Virus record (IMG/VR): IMGVR_UViG_3300032307_000764
Location: 96,001 to 160,000 of that record
From: a virus
Taxonomy: Duplodnaviria; Caudoviricetes
Direction: 5' to 3' (one strand)
Length of the DNA: 64,000 nucleotides
The notes beneath the pieces are model-generated. The model made no database searches, was not told where the DNA came from, and saw nothing but the letters and a program-made list of their open reading frames with translations. Of the stretch, positions 18,821 to 30,032 are shown piece after piece. The position numbers and the translations under genes are program-made. Numbering within the stretch: the first letter of the stretch is position 1; each line of letters begins with the position of its first letter.

Positions 18821-19801
18821 ATGGAAAAGTTACTTACCCCCAATCCGAGAAGATTTTCACTATTCCCTGTACAACAGCATGATATGTGGACGATGTATAA
18901 AACTGCAGAGGCTTCTTTCTGGACTGCGGAGGAAATAGATTTAGCTCAAGATATTACTCATTGGAGAGATAAATTAAATGACAATGAGAGATATTTTATT
19001 AAGCATGTAATTGCTTTCTTTAACAATTCTGATGGTATTGTTAATGAGAATCTTGCTGCTAACTTTTTTAACCAAGTACAATATCCGGAGGCAAGATGCT
19101 TTTATGGATTTCAATTAGCAATTGAAAACATACACGGAGAGACTTATTCATTATTAATTGATAGCTATATAAGAGACGAGGAAGAGAAGGAGCATTTGTT
19201 TAATGCCATTGATACCGTTCCTTCAGTTAAAAGAAAAGCTGATTGGGCTTTGAAATGGATAGAAAATGGATCTTTCGTAGAAACGTTAATTGCATTTGCT
19301 GCTGTTGAAGGTATATTCTTTTCCGGATCATTCTGTTCTATATTCTGGCTTAAGAAGAGAGGTCTAATGCCTGGACTTTGTTTTGCTAACGAATTAATCT
19401 CAAGAGATGAGGGATTACATTGCGATTTTGCTTGTTTACTTTACTCTAAACACATCGAAAATAAATTGTCAGAAGAAACAGTGAAGCAGATCATTATGGA
19501 AGCTGTAGAGATAGAAAAGGAGTTTGTAACTTCATCCTTACCAGTTAGACTTATTGGAATGAATTCAGATCTTATGTGCGAGTACATCGAATTCGTAGCT
19601 GACAGACTTTTAATATCATTAGGATGTTCTAAAGTATTTAATACTAAGTGTCCTTTCGATTTTATGGTAAATATTGCATTGGAGAATAAAGGGAATTTCT
19701 TCGAAGGAAGAGTAGGTTCCTACCAAAAATCAGGAGTAATGGACAGCACTAAAGAAAATGGAAATAGCGGAAAAACTTTTTCGTTAGATGCTGATTTTTA
19801 A
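18821..19801 (+). CDS. nrdB: Class Ia ribonucleotide reductase beta subunit
   Basis: [44 protein letters not shown]. Confidence 0.95.
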   Translation: MEKLLTPNPRRFSLFPVQQHDMWTMYKTAEASFWTAEEIDLAQDITHWRDKLNDNERYFIKHVIAFFNNSDGIVNENLAANFFNQVQYPEARCFYGFQLAIENIHGETYSLLIDSYIRDEEEKEHLFNAIDTVPSVKRKADWALKWIENGSFVETLIAFAAVEGIFFSGSFCSIFWLKKRGLMPGLCFANELISRDEGLHCDFACLLYSKHIENKLSEETVKQIIMEAVEIEKEFVTSSLPVRLIGMNSDLMCEYIEFVADRLLISLGCSKVFNTKCPFDFMVNIALENKGNFFEGRVGSYQKSGVMDSTKENGNSGKTFSLDADF

Positions 19802-19839
19802 CCCTGGTTAGAATATTCTCGTCGATATATAAAATTAAA

Positions 19840-19949
19840 TAAGTTCACTGGTTTATGAGAGATATCGCTAACATTAGAAATAGAATTTTTATACATTCCT
19901 CCTTAAAATTTATTTCTGATATCTCTAAACTAAACAATTAATTTTTTTT
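19840..19949 (+). ncRNA. Candidate small RNA: long hairpin with CCUCCUU loop
   Basis: GATATATA at 19824, about 22-bp interrupted stem 19858-19926, U-tract 19942-19949; ends approximate. Confidence 0.45.
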
Positions 19950-20009
19950 GGAAACAAAGAAACTGTTGGATAAAAAGTCCCTAAAAGAAAAAGTAAAATA
20001 AAAAATAAA

Positions 20010-22379
20010 ATGGAAGTAATAAAAAGAGATGGCTCGAGAGAAAGAGTTAAACTAGACAAAATTTTAAACAGAGTTAAGAAACAATGTTATGGTTTAAATA
20101 TGGATTATATTGAACCAATGGAAATCGCTAAGAAGGTTATTCATGGTTTATATGACGGAATTTCATCAGTAGAGCTTGATGTTTTAGCAGCAGAAACAGC
20201 AGCTGCTTTAACTCCGACCCATCCTGACTATTCAATATTAGCAGCTAGAATTAGTGTTACTTCCTTACATAAAAGAACTCCAAAAAGCTTCTCTTCTGTA
20301 ATTGAACAATTATACAATTATGTAGATCCTAAGACAGGTTTAAAAGCCCCAATGATTGCTGATGATGTATACAAAATCATATCTGAAAATTCTAAGGATA
20401 TAGATTCTCAAATCATTACTGATAGAGATTTAGACTATGATTATTTTGGTTATAAGACTTTAGAAAAATCATACCTTTTAAAAATCGATGGGCAACCTGC
20501 TGAGAGACCTCAGCAAATGTTAATGAGAGTTGCTATTGGAATTCATAAAGAAGATTTAGCTTCTGCTTATAAAACATACGATTTAATGAGCCAGGGTTAT
20601 TTCACTCATGCTACACCTACTTTATTTAATTCTGGAACTAGAAGACCTCAGTTATCTTCTTGTTTCTTAGTCTCTATGGATGATGATTCAATCCAAGGAA
20701 TCTATAAAACATTATCAGACGTAGCACAAATCTCTAAAAATGCAGGAGGTATCGGTTTACATATTCACAACGTAAGAGGTACCGGAGCTTACATTAAAGG
20801 AACAAACGGAACCTCAAACGGTATCATCCCGATGTTAAAAGTATTTAATGAAACTGCTAGATACGTTGATCAAGGTGGTGGTAGAAGAAAAGGATCGTTT
20901 GCTATTTACTTGGAGCCTTGGCATTGTGATGTTGAGGACTTTTTAAATCTTAGAAAGAACCACGGTAAAGAGGAAATGAGAGCTAGAGATCTTTTCTTAG
21001 CTTTATGGACGCCGGATTTATTCATGGAGAGAGTTAAGACTGACGGAGAATGGACTTTATTCTCTCCTGACGAAGCACCAGGATTAGATGATGTATATGG
21101 TGATGACTTTGTTAAGCTTTATACAAAATATGAAGCGGAAGGAAGAGGAAGAAAAACAATTAAAGCACAAGAGCTTTGGTACAAAATTATAGAAGCACAA
21201 ATTGAAACTGGAACACCTTATATGCTTTATAAGGATGCAGCTAACTTAAAATCAAATCAAAAAAATCTAGGAACTATTAAATCTTCTAATCTTTGTACAG
21301 AGATTATGGAGTATTCGGATTCTAAAGAAACTGCAGTTTGTAATTTAGCTTCTATCGCATTACCTAAATTCATCATACCTGGTAAGAAACCTAAATATGA
21401 TTTTAATGCTCTTAAAGATATAGCTTATACAGCAACTATTAATCTAAACAGGGTAATTGATGTTAACTATTATCCTACTAAAGAAACTAAAGCTTCTAAT
21501 ATGAAGCACAGACCGATTGGTATTGGAGTTCAAGGTTTAGCAGATACATTTGCTATCCTAAAAATACCTTTTGAATCTGATGAAGCAAAAATGCTAGATA
21601 GAGATATTTTTGAAGCAATCTATTACGGAGCTATGTGTGCTTCTGTTGATCTTGCAGAAAAAGAAGGTGCATATCAAACATTTAAAGGATCTCCGTTATC
21701 TAAAGGCCTATTCCAATTCGATCTATGGAACGAATCACCTAGTACAAGATGGGACTGGGAGGAGCTAAGAGAAAGAGTTAAAACATTCGGAGCTAGAAAC
21801 TCTTTATTGCTTGCTCCTATGCCTACTGCATCTACAAGTCAGATTTTAGGAAACAACGAATGTTTTGAGCCTTTTACTTCGAACATTTATATTAGAAAAA
21901 CATTATCTGGAGAATTTCCAGTAGTTAATAAACATTTAGTTAAAGATCTAGTTAAAATAGGATTATGGAACGAGGGTCTTAGAGATAAGATCATAATCAA
22001 TAACGGATCTGTTCAGGATATCGTAGAAATTCCTGAAGATCTTAAAACTATCTACAAAACTGCTTGGGAAATGAGTCAGAAGATTATTATTGATCATGCT
22101 GCAACCAGAGCTCCTTTCATATGTCAAAGTCAGAGTATGAATTTATTTGTACAAGATGCTAACTTTGCTAAACTCTCGTCAGCTCATTTTTATGGATGGG
22201 ATAAAGGATTAAAGACTGGAAGTTATTATATAAGAACTAAAGCTGCTACTACAGCTATTAAAGGTCTTGGTATAGACACTACCAAGTCACAAGAAATAAC
22301 AAAGACTGAGGATGAAAACTACAGCGATTTGCTTTGTAGTATTGACAACCCAGACGATTGTATCGCTTGTGGATCATAA
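20010..22379 (+). CDS. nrdA: Class Ia ribonucleotide reductase alpha subunit with ATP cone
   Basis: VIKRDG, ATPTLFN, QLSSCFL, SNLCTEI, CNLAS, APMPTAS, C-terminal CxxC. Confidence 0.95.
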   Translation: MEVIKRDGSRERVKLDKILNRVKKQCYGLNMDYIEPMEIAKKVIHGLYDGISSVELDVLAAETAAALTPTHPDYSILAARISVTSLHKRTPKSFSSVIEQLYNYVDPKTGLKAPMIADDVYKIISENSKDIDSQIITDRDLDYDYFGYKTLEKSYLLKIDGQPAERPQQMLMRVAIGIHKEDLASAYKTYDLMSQGYFTHATPTLFNSGTRRPQLSSCFLVSMDDDSIQGIYKTLSDVAQISKNAGGIGLHIHNVRGTGAYIKGTNGTSNGIIPMLKVFNETARYVDQGGGRRKGSFAIYLEPWHCDVEDFLNLRKNHGKEEMRARDLFLALWTPDLFMERVKTDGEWTLFSPDEAPGLDDVYGDDFVKLYTKYEAEGRGRKTIKAQELWYKIIEAQIETGTPYMLYKDAANLKSNQKNLGTIKSSNLCTEIMEYSDSKETAVCNLASIALPKFIIPGKKPKYDFNALKDIAYTATINLNRVIDVNYYPTKETKASNMKHRPIGIGVQGLADTFAILKIPFESDEAKMLDRDIFEAIYYGAMCASVDLAEKEGAYQTFKGSPLSKGLFQFDLWNESPSTRWDWEELRERVKTFGARNSLLLAPMPTASTSQILGNNECFEPFTSNIYIRKTLSGEFPVVNKHLVKDLVKIGLWNEGLRDKIIINNGSVQDIVEIPEDLKTIYKTAWEMSQKIIIDHAATRAPFICQSQSMNLFVQDANFAKLSSAHFYGWDKGLKTGSYYIRTKAATTAIKGLGIDTTKSQEITKTEDENYSDLLCSIDNPDDCIACGS

Positions 22380-22392
22380 ATAATAACCCATA

Positions 22393-22986
22393 ATGAAAAT
22401 CAAAAATTTTAAAGAGTTTGGCTCCCTTGGCACTCCTTGTGTAATTTTTGTAGGACCTCCTGGATGTGGAAAAGGAACACAGGCGGAAATAGTTTGTAAA
22501 AAAACCGGTATGAAGCACGTTTCTACCGGTGATATCCTTAGACAATCTGAAGATGATGAAGTTAAGGAGATGATGAAAACTGGAAAGCTATTACCGGATG
22601 ATCTAGTATCGAAGGAGCTTGAAAAGTTTATTAGGAAAAATAAAAAATCTAAGGGATTTGTTTTTGATGGATATCCTAGAAACCTTAAACAAAAAACTTT
22701 ATTGGACAAAATAATGTCTAATAATAATTTGGAGACCGTTAATATTTTCTTTTTAAATGTTCCAGAAGAAACATTGAAGGAGAGAATTAAAGAGAGAGGA
22801 AAAACATCAGGAAGAGCTGATGACAAAGATCCTGAGGTATTTAAGGTTAGGATGGAAGAATATAAAGATCAAACGCTTCCTATGATTAAATCTATGAAAA
22901 AACTTAATACCTTCTTAGAGATATCTGGGGAGAAAGATCTTGATGAAATCACTGAGATTATATTTGATAATCTGGGTGAAATTTAA
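22393..22986 (+). CDS. adk: Adenylate kinase (short LID) with tagged N-terminal extension
   Basis: GPPGCGKGTQ, HVSTGDILR, FDGYPR, GRADD. Confidence 0.9.
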   Translation: MKIKNFKEFGSLGTPCVIFVGPPGCGKGTQAEIVCKKTGMKHVSTGDILRQSEDDEVKEMMKTGKLLPDDLVSKELEKFIRKNKKSKGFVFDGYPRNLKQKTLLDKIMSNNNLETVNIFFLNVPEETLKERIKERGKTSGRADDKDPEVFKVRMEEYKDQTLPMIKSMKKLNTFLEISGEKDLDEITEIIFDNLGEI

Positions 22987-23024
22987 TCCAATTTTTTATC
23001 TATAAATGTTAAATTGAAAATAAC

Positions 23025-24254
23025 ATGTCAAAATCAGTAAGCAAAAAAAAGGATACTAAGCAACCTTCTATATGTTTAGTTATGATCGTTAAAAACGAAT
23101 CTAAAGTAATCAGAAGATGTATCGATTCAGTTAAAGACTATATTAATCATTGGGTAATATGTGATACTGGTTCTACTGACGGAACACAGGATCTCATTAA
23201 AGAGATAATGAACGAATATAATATCCCAGGTGAATTACACGAAAGACCTTGGGTAGATTTTGGTTATAACAGAACTGAGAGTTTAAATTATTCCGAAGGA
23301 AAATCTGATTATAGACTAATCATAGATGCCGACGATGTTTTAGTAGTCGAAGGGGAAAATCCTTTTATGAATTTAACTGAGGATGCTTATAAGATTAAGA
23401 TCAGATTAAATTCTTTAGCTTATTATAGAACTCAGTTAGTTAAGAGCGATCAGAAATGGAAATATGTAGGGGTATTGCATGAATATATCTCAGGTCCTAC
23501 AGATATCAAGGTATCTGAAGAATTTTTAGAGGGAGTTGAAATGCACGCTGCAGTTTCTGGACATAACAGAGACATCAAAGGAAAGGATAAGTATTATAAC
23601 GATGCTTTAATTTTCGAAAAAGCTATTCTTACTACACCGAAAGAAGAACTTCCTATAGATCTTGAAAGAAGATATGTTTTCTATATGGCACAAAGCTATA
23701 GAGATGCAGGAATGAATGAAAGATCCATTGAAGCTTACCAAAGAAGAGTAGATCTGGGTGGATGGGCAGAAGAGGTATACATCTCAAAATATTGGATTGC
23801 TAGGCAAAAACAAATCTTAGATAAATCTGATGAAGAGATTATTGATGCTTACCTAAAAGCATGGGAATATAGACCTAACCGTTTAGAAGCTCTTTATCAT
23901 CTAATTAAATTCTTAGGATCTAGAAAAAGATATGCTTTAGCTTTTGCTTTATCATCAGTTGGTATGAAAACTGGACCTTGTTCAGATATTCTTTTTGTCG
24001 AGGATGATATCTGGAAATGGAGAATGCCAGATGAGTATTCTGTACTAGCTTACTATAACGGAAATGCAGAAGAAGCTTATAAAACAACTAATATTATTAT
24101 AAATTCTAGCTTATTTGCTAATATTAATAAAGCAGATCAGGAAAGAATTATGAAAAATATGGATTTTTATAGTAAAGCTTTAGAGCCTAAAGAAGAAACA
24201 CAAACCGAAGTTGTAGAAGAATCTGTTAAAAATGAGGAATTGAAAGAATCTTGA
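23025..24254 (+). CDS. GT2 glycosyltransferase with TPR-like repeats
   Basis: ICLVMIVKNE, DTGSTDGT, IDADD, LHE; helical repeats in the C-half. Confidence 0.85.
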   Translation: MSKSVSKKKDTKQPSICLVMIVKNESKVIRRCIDSVKDYINHWVICDTGSTDGTQDLIKEIMNEYNIPGELHERPWVDFGYNRTESLNYSEGKSDYRLIIDADDVLVVEGENPFMNLTEDAYKIKIRLNSLAYYRTQLVKSDQKWKYVGVLHEYISGPTDIKVSEEFLEGVEMHAAVSGHNRDIKGKDKYYNDALIFEKAILTTPKEELPIDLERRYVFYMAQSYRDAGMNERSIEAYQRRVDLGGWAEEVYISKYWIARQKQILDKSDEEIIDAYLKAWEYRPNRLEALYHLIKFLGSRKRYALAFALSSVGMKTGPCSDILFVEDDIWKWRMPDEYSVLAYYNGNAEEAYKTTNIIINSSLFANINKADQERIMKNMDFYSKALEPKEETQTEVVEESVKNEELKES

Positions 24255-24278
24255 GATATATAAGTAAAAATTATATCA

Positions 24279-24761
24279 ATGCAGATTTTAAGATTTTCCG
24301 ACTTCATTAACGAACAGTCTGTTTATAATGTAGGTGTTCCTGTTTACATGGGAACTGCAATCAATCCAGAGAAAACTATCAAAAGAAATAAGCTTTTACC
24401 TGAGTTACAGGATTATTTAGCTCAAGTTATGGCTGGAACTCTTTCAGAAATTACTTTAGTTGCTGAAATTCCAACACAGGGTAAAAATGCTCCTCAGTAT
24501 CTTAAGGATATTTATTCTGAAATGGGTTACGATCCTTCTAAAGAGGAGGACGTTTACGATGAAGAGAATGATACTTTCTTAGGTAATAGAGATAGAACTG
24601 GTGACGAGCCTTCTAGAAACATATTCGTAGATTCTGAGTTCATTGTTAAGGACGTAGATTTAACTAAGAACGTAATTTTAGGAACTCCTTATTCTTTAAA
24701 AAGAAAAGGAATTGTTATCGAGATCGACCCAGCAATGGTAGATGAGGTTTTCATTAAGTAA
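24279..24761 (+). CDS. Hypothetical protein with tagged N-terminus
   Basis: MQILRFSDFINE; GATATATA at 24255. Confidence 0.65.
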   Translation: MQILRFSDFINEQSVYNVGVPVYMGTAINPEKTIKRNKLLPELQDYLAQVMAGTLSEITLVAEIPTQGKNAPQYLKDIYSEMGYDPSKEEDVYDEENDTFLGNRDRTGDEPSRNIFVDSEFIVKDVDLTKNVILGTPYSLKRKGIVIEIDPAMVDEVFIK

Positions 24762-25135
24762 TGGATTTTAAACAGCAGGAAGATTCTGAAGATTTCTATT
24801 TAGCTAAAATAGGTGATCACACATTCGTTTTGGAAGAATGTAAAGATTTTCCGAAAGGACTTTCACATAGAGAGCATCTCCTTGAAAACGAGGGGATGCT
24901 TTTTAATTTTAGTGATCCTGGGGATAGAACTTTCCATATGAGGGATTGCTTAATACCATTAGATATTCTTTTTATTAAAGATGGTAAGATTAACAAAATA
25001 TATCACGAATGTCAACCTTGTGAAATTGACGAATGTGACAAATATGTAGGTGAAGCAGATTCAGTAGTTGAACTACTAGGAGGTACTTGCAAGAAAAATA
25101 ATATTAGCGAAGGCCTAATATACCGACATTTTTAA
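24761..25135 (+). CDS. DUF192 family protein
   Basis: GLSHR, GMLF.F, FHMRDCLIPLDILFI, VVELLGG. Confidence 0.8.
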   Translation: MDFKQQEDSEDFYLAKIGDHTFVLEECKDFPKGLSHREHLLENEGMLFNFSDPGDRTFHMRDCLIPLDILFIKDGKINKIYHECQPCEIDECDKYVGEADSVVELLGGTCKKNNISEGLIYRHF

Positions 25136-25276
25136 GAAACTTTTCCACAGTTTATCTCTTAAATTTTTATGATAAAAGAATAAATGCTAGATCCCCAGAT
25201 CATAGCTATTGATTAGATATCTTTACGTGGGATTTAATATTTACAATTTAGAATTTAAAAAAATCATTAGAGTAAA

Positions 25277-27064
25277 ATGACAGCGAATAAGGAGATTAAG
25301 GTTTTATCAGAAAGAGAACATATACTTTTAAGACCAACAGTTTATGTTGGTAGTGTTAAACCCACAGATGAAAAGGTTCCTATAATCCGCGATAACAAGA
25401 TTTTTGTTGAGTCTAGGACGATTTCGGTCGGAATGTATAAACTATTCGATGAAGTCTTTTCTAACTCGTTAGACGAAGCTAAACGCATGAAAGGAAAGAT
25501 GAAAAGTATCCTTATTGACGTTGATAGTAAAAGTAATTCTGTATCAATAAGTGATACAGGAAATGGTTTCTATAAAGGCACAGATATTAATAAAGTTAGT
25601 GGTAAGACAAATATAGAAACAGCAGTGTCACAATTAAGAGCTGGGTCTAATTTTGAGAATGACGACATTCAAGAGTCTTTAGTTGGAACTAATGGAATGG
25701 GTGTAAGTTTGGTTAATGTATTGTCCAAGTATTTTAGTATAGAAACTATAAACGATAAGTTCTATTATTTCCAAGAGTGGAAGAATTACGAGGGTAAGGA
25801 TGCAAAGGTATCCAAGAGAAAAAGCGATATGCAAACTGGTACTAAAGTTACCTTCTCTCCTCTGTCTGAAGTTTTTGGGTATTCAAAATGGGATAAAGAA
25901 GTTTTATCTTCTATCCTCATACTAAAGTACGATCTAATTAAAAGAGATCCTATACTAAGTAACTTAGAGATTAAGTTTAGTTGGGATGGAGAAATCGTAG
26001 ATCTTCAACCTAGATTTTTACCAGAAGACTGTTTCAAAATAAACACAGACTTAGGACAAATAACTATTTGGGAGAAGTATGAAGGATCAGGATCTTTAAG
26101 CTTTGTTAACTCTGCTCTTTGTTCAGGTATACATCAAAAGATATTTAATGATTTTATTAATACCAAATTGGAAGACACACTAGGTCACCATTTTTATGAT
26201 TGTCTTATTGTTCTAAATCTTCCTCCAAAATATGTCAAATTCGGGGATCAAAATAAAACAAGATTCGTAACAACCAGGGAAGAAATAGAAGGTCTTTTAA
26301 TGGGCAAGTTCGGATCCAAATTACAGGGATTTTTTAAGACAGATCTTTATTCAAGAGTACTTAAAAAGGTAGAGGAAAGAAAAACAGACGGATACGTAAA
26401 AAAGCTTAGATCTGAAAAAAAGAAAGTAAATCTAAAGCATTCACATAAATATTTCCCAGCACAAAAAGCAGTAGCTGAAAATCTTTTCATAGTTGAGGGA
26501 CTATCAGCTATGGGTTCTATATTACAGAAAAGGAACCCAAAGGAGGATGGGGTTTATGCTTTAAAAGGAAAGATAAAGAACTGTAAGAATATCGGAGATC
26601 TTTCAGAGAACAAAGAAATACTAGAGCTAATGCACATATTAGGTTTAGATCCAACTGCTAGAAATACCGAGATAGTTGGTTACAAAAGAATAGTAATTGC
26701 AACTGATCCTGATCCAGATGGATCTCATATTACTTCTTTACTTATTAATCTATTTTATAAATGGTTTCCAACTATAGTAAAACATAGAAGATTAAGTTCA
26801 TTAAAAATCCCTCTGGTATCTGTAGGGGACGGAAAGAAAAGAAAGTACTTCTGGGATCTTGATGAATTTAAAGCTGCAAAGCCTACCGGTAATATTAGAT
26901 ACCTAAAAGGACTTGGTTCATTGTCTCTAGAAGATTGGGAATGGGTAATGGGAGGTAAGGAGCTAGTTAACATAGAAGAAAGCTTAGATAGTAAGGATAA
27001 ATTAGAAATGGCTTTTGGAGATTCTGCTGATGCAAGGAAAAAATGGTTATCGAATAGTAATTAG
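25277..27064 (+). CDS. gp39: Type II topoisomerase ATPase/TOPRIM subunit (gp39+60 / GyrB-like)
   Basis: EHILLRP, GSNF, GTNGMGVSL, LFIVEGLSA, ALKGK, TDPDPDGSHI, RYLKGLGS. Confidence 0.92.
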   Translation: MTANKEIKVLSEREHILLRPTVYVGSVKPTDEKVPIIRDNKIFVESRTISVGMYKLFDEVFSNSLDEAKRMKGKMKSILIDVDSKSNSVSISDTGNGFYKGTDINKVSGKTNIETAVSQLRAGSNFENDDIQESLVGTNGMGVSLVNVLSKYFSIETINDKFYYFQEWKNYEGKDAKVSKRKSDMQTGTKVTFSPLSEVFGYSKWDKEVLSSILILKYDLIKRDPILSNLEIKFSWDGEIVDLQPRFLPEDCFKINTDLGQITIWEKYEGSGSLSFVNSALCSGIHQKIFNDFINTKLEDTLGHHFYDCLIVLNLPPKYVKFGDQNKTRFVTTREEIEGLLMGKFGSKLQGFFKTDLYSRVLKKVEERKTDGYVKKLRSEKKKVNLKHSHKYFPAQKAVAENLFIVEGLSAMGSILQKRNPKEDGVYALKGKIKNCKNIGDLSENKEILELMHILGLDPTARNTEIVGYKRIVIATDPDPDGSHITSLLINLFYKWFPTIVKHRRLSSLKIPLVSVGDGKKRKYFWDLDEFKAAKPTGNIRYLKGLGSLSLEDWEWVMGGKELVNIEESLDSKDKLEMAFGDSADARKKWLSNSN

Positions 27065-27076
27065 ATATATACTTTA

Positions 27077-27823
27077 ATGATTTTACGATTAAATAACTTT
27101 GTAGTCGAGCAAGCTTCAGATAATGCTGCTGATCCAGTTAAGTCCCCTAAGAAAAATTACTCAGGGAAGTTAAAAATTAATTGGGAAAAACCAGATCTTG
27201 CTGAGGAGATTCATCACTATGATGATAAAGCTAAACTTGAATTTTATCAGCATAATATAACGATTGGTAATAAGGATATAGGAAAAACTTCTGCAAGATC
27301 AACTAAGTTCTATAAATATATTATAGAGCCGTTTAAAAAAGGACATACAGAGAATCTTCCTATAGTTTCAGATGATCAGTTTGATATAAATAGTATTCAG
27401 AACCTTATGGTTTATGAATATGATAATATAGTTGCAGGAGCATACGGTAGAGCATACGGAGATGTATTAATTAAAATCTCTGAAGATCTTAAAAAGAAAG
27501 GTAGCTTAAATTTACCTCTTCCTATAATTATTAAATTCATCAACTTTGGTGAAACTAGAACTTCTTCAGAAGATAGCTACTATCTTTTTTCAGGTAACAG
27601 AATCATAAATCTAGCTCTTCAGTATAATATTCCCATTAAAGCATGGGTTATAGATTTAGTTCCCTCTAGAAGAGACGTAAGAGAGTTCGCTCAGAAGGCA
27701 GGAGCAACTACAGATCCTGTTAAATTTAAGAAAATCTTAAAGAGAGCAACAGGTAAGGATAACCTAGATGATCTAAATGCTAGGGAAAGATTCAAAATCA
27801 TCCAGTCACTTAAGAATTTTTAA
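27077..27823 (+). CDS. Hypothetical protein, possible ParB/Srx-like C-domain, tagged N-terminus
   Basis: MILRLNNFVVE; PIII...YLFSGNR; GATATATA at 27064. Confidence 0.5.
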   Translation: MILRLNNFVVEQASDNAADPVKSPKKNYSGKLKINWEKPDLAEEIHHYDDKAKLEFYQHNITIGNKDIGKTSARSTKFYKYIIEPFKKGHTENLPIVSDDQFDINSIQNLMVYEYDNIVAGAYGRAYGDVLIKISEDLKKKGSLNLPLPIIIKFINFGETRTSSEDSYYLFSGNRIINLALQYNIPIKAWVIDLVPSRRDVREFAQKAGATTDPVKFKKILKRATGKDNLDDLNARERFKIIQSLKNF

Positions 27824-27837
27824 TCTATATTTGTAGA

Positions 27838-28758
27838 ATGATCTACAAAAATAGAATAGGATATTGTTGTTTGTGTCTTTCTTTAGAGAAGGAAGGAGTA
27901 ACAACTAACAGAGGAATGATCAAGAGAACCTTTATCGAAAAGGGGATATCTTATGTGTCAGAATTAGCAATTAAAAATACAGAGGACCTAATACGTATCA
28001 TTAGATTTAATGGTGAAACAGGAATAGACATGTATAGGATGAGCTCCGACATGTTTCCTTGGATGTCTGAATATGAGATAAGTGATTTACCAGATTTTGA
28101 AAAGATTAAGGAGAATCTTATAACCGCTGGTAATCTTGCCAAGAGCTTTGATCAAAGACTCAGCTTTCATCCTTCTCCTTATTGTGTTATAGCATCAGAA
28201 AATCCTAATGTTGTTTTAAAATCAATAAAAGAATTAAGACAGCATGCAGAAATAATGGATCTAATGGGATTAGACAGGAGTCATAAATATCCTATTAATA
28301 TCCATATAAATACTACTAAGCCTTCTAAAGAGGAAGCAGCCAATAGATTTATTACTTCATATAATCTACTACCTGAAGAAGTCAAATCTAGATTAGTAGT
28401 AGAAAACGATGACAAGAAAAGTCAATTTACTCCTACAGATTTATATTCACTTCTTCATTTAAAAATAGGAATACCTATAACATATGATTACTTGCATCAT
28501 AAATGTAATCCCGACGTCCTGACAGAATTGGGAGCGCTGGATCTGTGTATTTCTACTTGGCCTGAAGGAATAACGCCTTTAACGCACTTTTCTGACTCAA
28601 GAAAAATATTTGAGGACCATACCGCTAAAGAGGTTGCTCACTCCGATTGGATATGGAGTAAAATAGAAACTTATGACCGAATTTTCGATATAGAATTAGA
28701 GGTGAAGATGAAAGATCTTGCACTTCTAAAATATATCGAAAAATGGAAGAGGAATTAG
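27838..28758 (+). CDS. uvsE: UV-damage endonuclease
   Basis: RIGYCC, YRMSSDMFP, RLSFHP, ENDD, DYLHH, HFSDS, HSD, EVKMKD. Confidence 0.9.
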   Translation: MIYKNRIGYCCLCLSLEKEGVTTNRGMIKRTFIEKGISYVSELAIKNTEDLIRIIRFNGETGIDMYRMSSDMFPWMSEYEISDLPDFEKIKENLITAGNLAKSFDQRLSFHPSPYCVIASENPNVVLKSIKELRQHAEIMDLMGLDRSHKYPINIHINTTKPSKEEAANRFITSYNLLPEEVKSRLVVENDDKKSQFTPTDLYSLLHLKIGIPITYDYLHHKCNPDVLTELGALDLCISTWPEGITPLTHFSDSRKIFEDHTAKEVAHSDWIWSKIETYDRIFDIELEVKMKDLALLKYIEKWKRN

Positions 28759-28958
28759 ATCTTACAAAATCAAGTTGGTCTGCGGATAATGAAATCTTTA
28801 TATCCGTAATAAAAGAATCTATTGAAGAAAACTATCCAGAGATAAATATTATCGAGGAATTAGGTGAAATAAATTTTACCCTAGAGGATTTAATAGATAA
28901 TAAAAAGGCAGTCCATTTTATGGAGAGGCTTGAAAAAAAATATCCGTCGGGTGTTTAA
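28743..28958 (+). CDS. Small hypothetical protein
   Basis: Operon packing. Confidence 0.5.
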   Translation: MEEELDLTKSSWSADNEIFISVIKESIEENYPEINIIEELGEINFTLEDLIDNKKAVHFMERLEKKYPSGV

Positions 28959-28974
28959 TTAAAAAAATATCAAA

Positions 28975-30030
28975 TTGAGTAATCATTATCAAACTCTTGG
29001 TGTCGCTGAAGAAGCAACATCAGAAGAAATAAAAAAAGCTTATCGTAAACTTGCTCTGCAGTATCATCCGGATAGAAATAAGGAGCCTGGAGCGGAGGAA
29101 AAATTCAAACAGATAACTGAAGCTTATGAAATATTAAGCGATACCACCAAGAAATCTGAGTACGACAAGAAAAGAAAATTCGGATCATCGTTCGAATCAA
29201 TGTTTGGTGGAGGATTTAACAACAATTGGAATTACAAAGATCCTTTCCATGATCATTATTCCCCAGGCGGAGGATTTAGTGAGAAGATAGATCCTAAGGG
29301 ATCTTCGTTAAATATAACCCTGAATCTTAGTCTGGAGGATGTACTCAACGGAGTACAGAAAAAGATTAAGATGAAGAGGGATAAAAAATGTGTACCCTGT
29401 TCAGGAAGCGGATCTGAAGGTGGTAATTCATTTCAGAACTGTGGAACATGTAACGGATCTGGATATGTTACAGTTAACAGAACAACAGGATTCGTACAGC
29501 TGAATTCTGTTAAATCCTGTCATTCATGTCAAGGATCAGGAAGGGTTGTTTTAGAGAATTGTTTAAGCTGTTTTGGTAAAGGACTTGTACAGAGCGAAGA
29601 TATAATTGATATAAATATACCTCCCGGTGCTGCTGAAGGAATGAATTTCATAGTTGAAGGAAAAGGTAACGACGGAAGAGGAAACGGTAAATCTGGAGAT
29701 CTTTATGTTAAGGTAAAAGAAGTACCTCACGCTTATTTTATCAGAAGAGGCATAGATATTATTGCAGCAAAACAGATTACCTTTATTGATGCAGTTCTCG
29801 GAACTAATGTAGAGGTTGAAATGCCATCAGGGGAAAAGGTTAAGGCTATAGTGGATCCTGGAACTATTCCTGGAACAGTTCTTAGGTTTGGACAAAAAGG
29901 TATACCTAATTTAGGATACGGAGGAGTTGGCGATTTCTTAATTGAGCTTAATGTAAAAATACCCGAAAATTTAACAGACGATCAAAAAGAATTTCTTAAT
30001 GAATTAAAAGATAACGAAATATTTAACTAA
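28975..30030 (+). CDS. dnaJ: Class A DnaJ co-chaperone
   Basis: J-domain HPD, G/F region, four CxxCxGxG repeats, GDLYV; TTG start. Confidence 0.92.
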   Translation: MSNHYQTLGVAEEATSEEIKKAYRKLALQYHPDRNKEPGAEEKFKQITEAYEILSDTTKKSEYDKKRKFGSSFESMFGGGFNNNWNYKDPFHDHYSPGGGFSEKIDPKGSSLNITLNLSLEDVLNGVQKKIKMKRDKKCVPCSGSGSEGGNSFQNCGTCNGSGYVTVNRTTGFVQLNSVKSCHSCQGSGRVVLENCLSCFGKGLVQSEDIIDINIPPGAAEGMNFIVEGKGNDGRGNGKSGDLYVKVKEVPHAYFIRRGIDIIAAKQITFIDAVLGTNVEVEMPSGEKVKAIVDPGTIPGTVLRFGQKGIPNLGYGGVGDFLIELNVKIPENLTDDQKEFLNELKDNEIFN

Positions 30031-30032
30031 AC

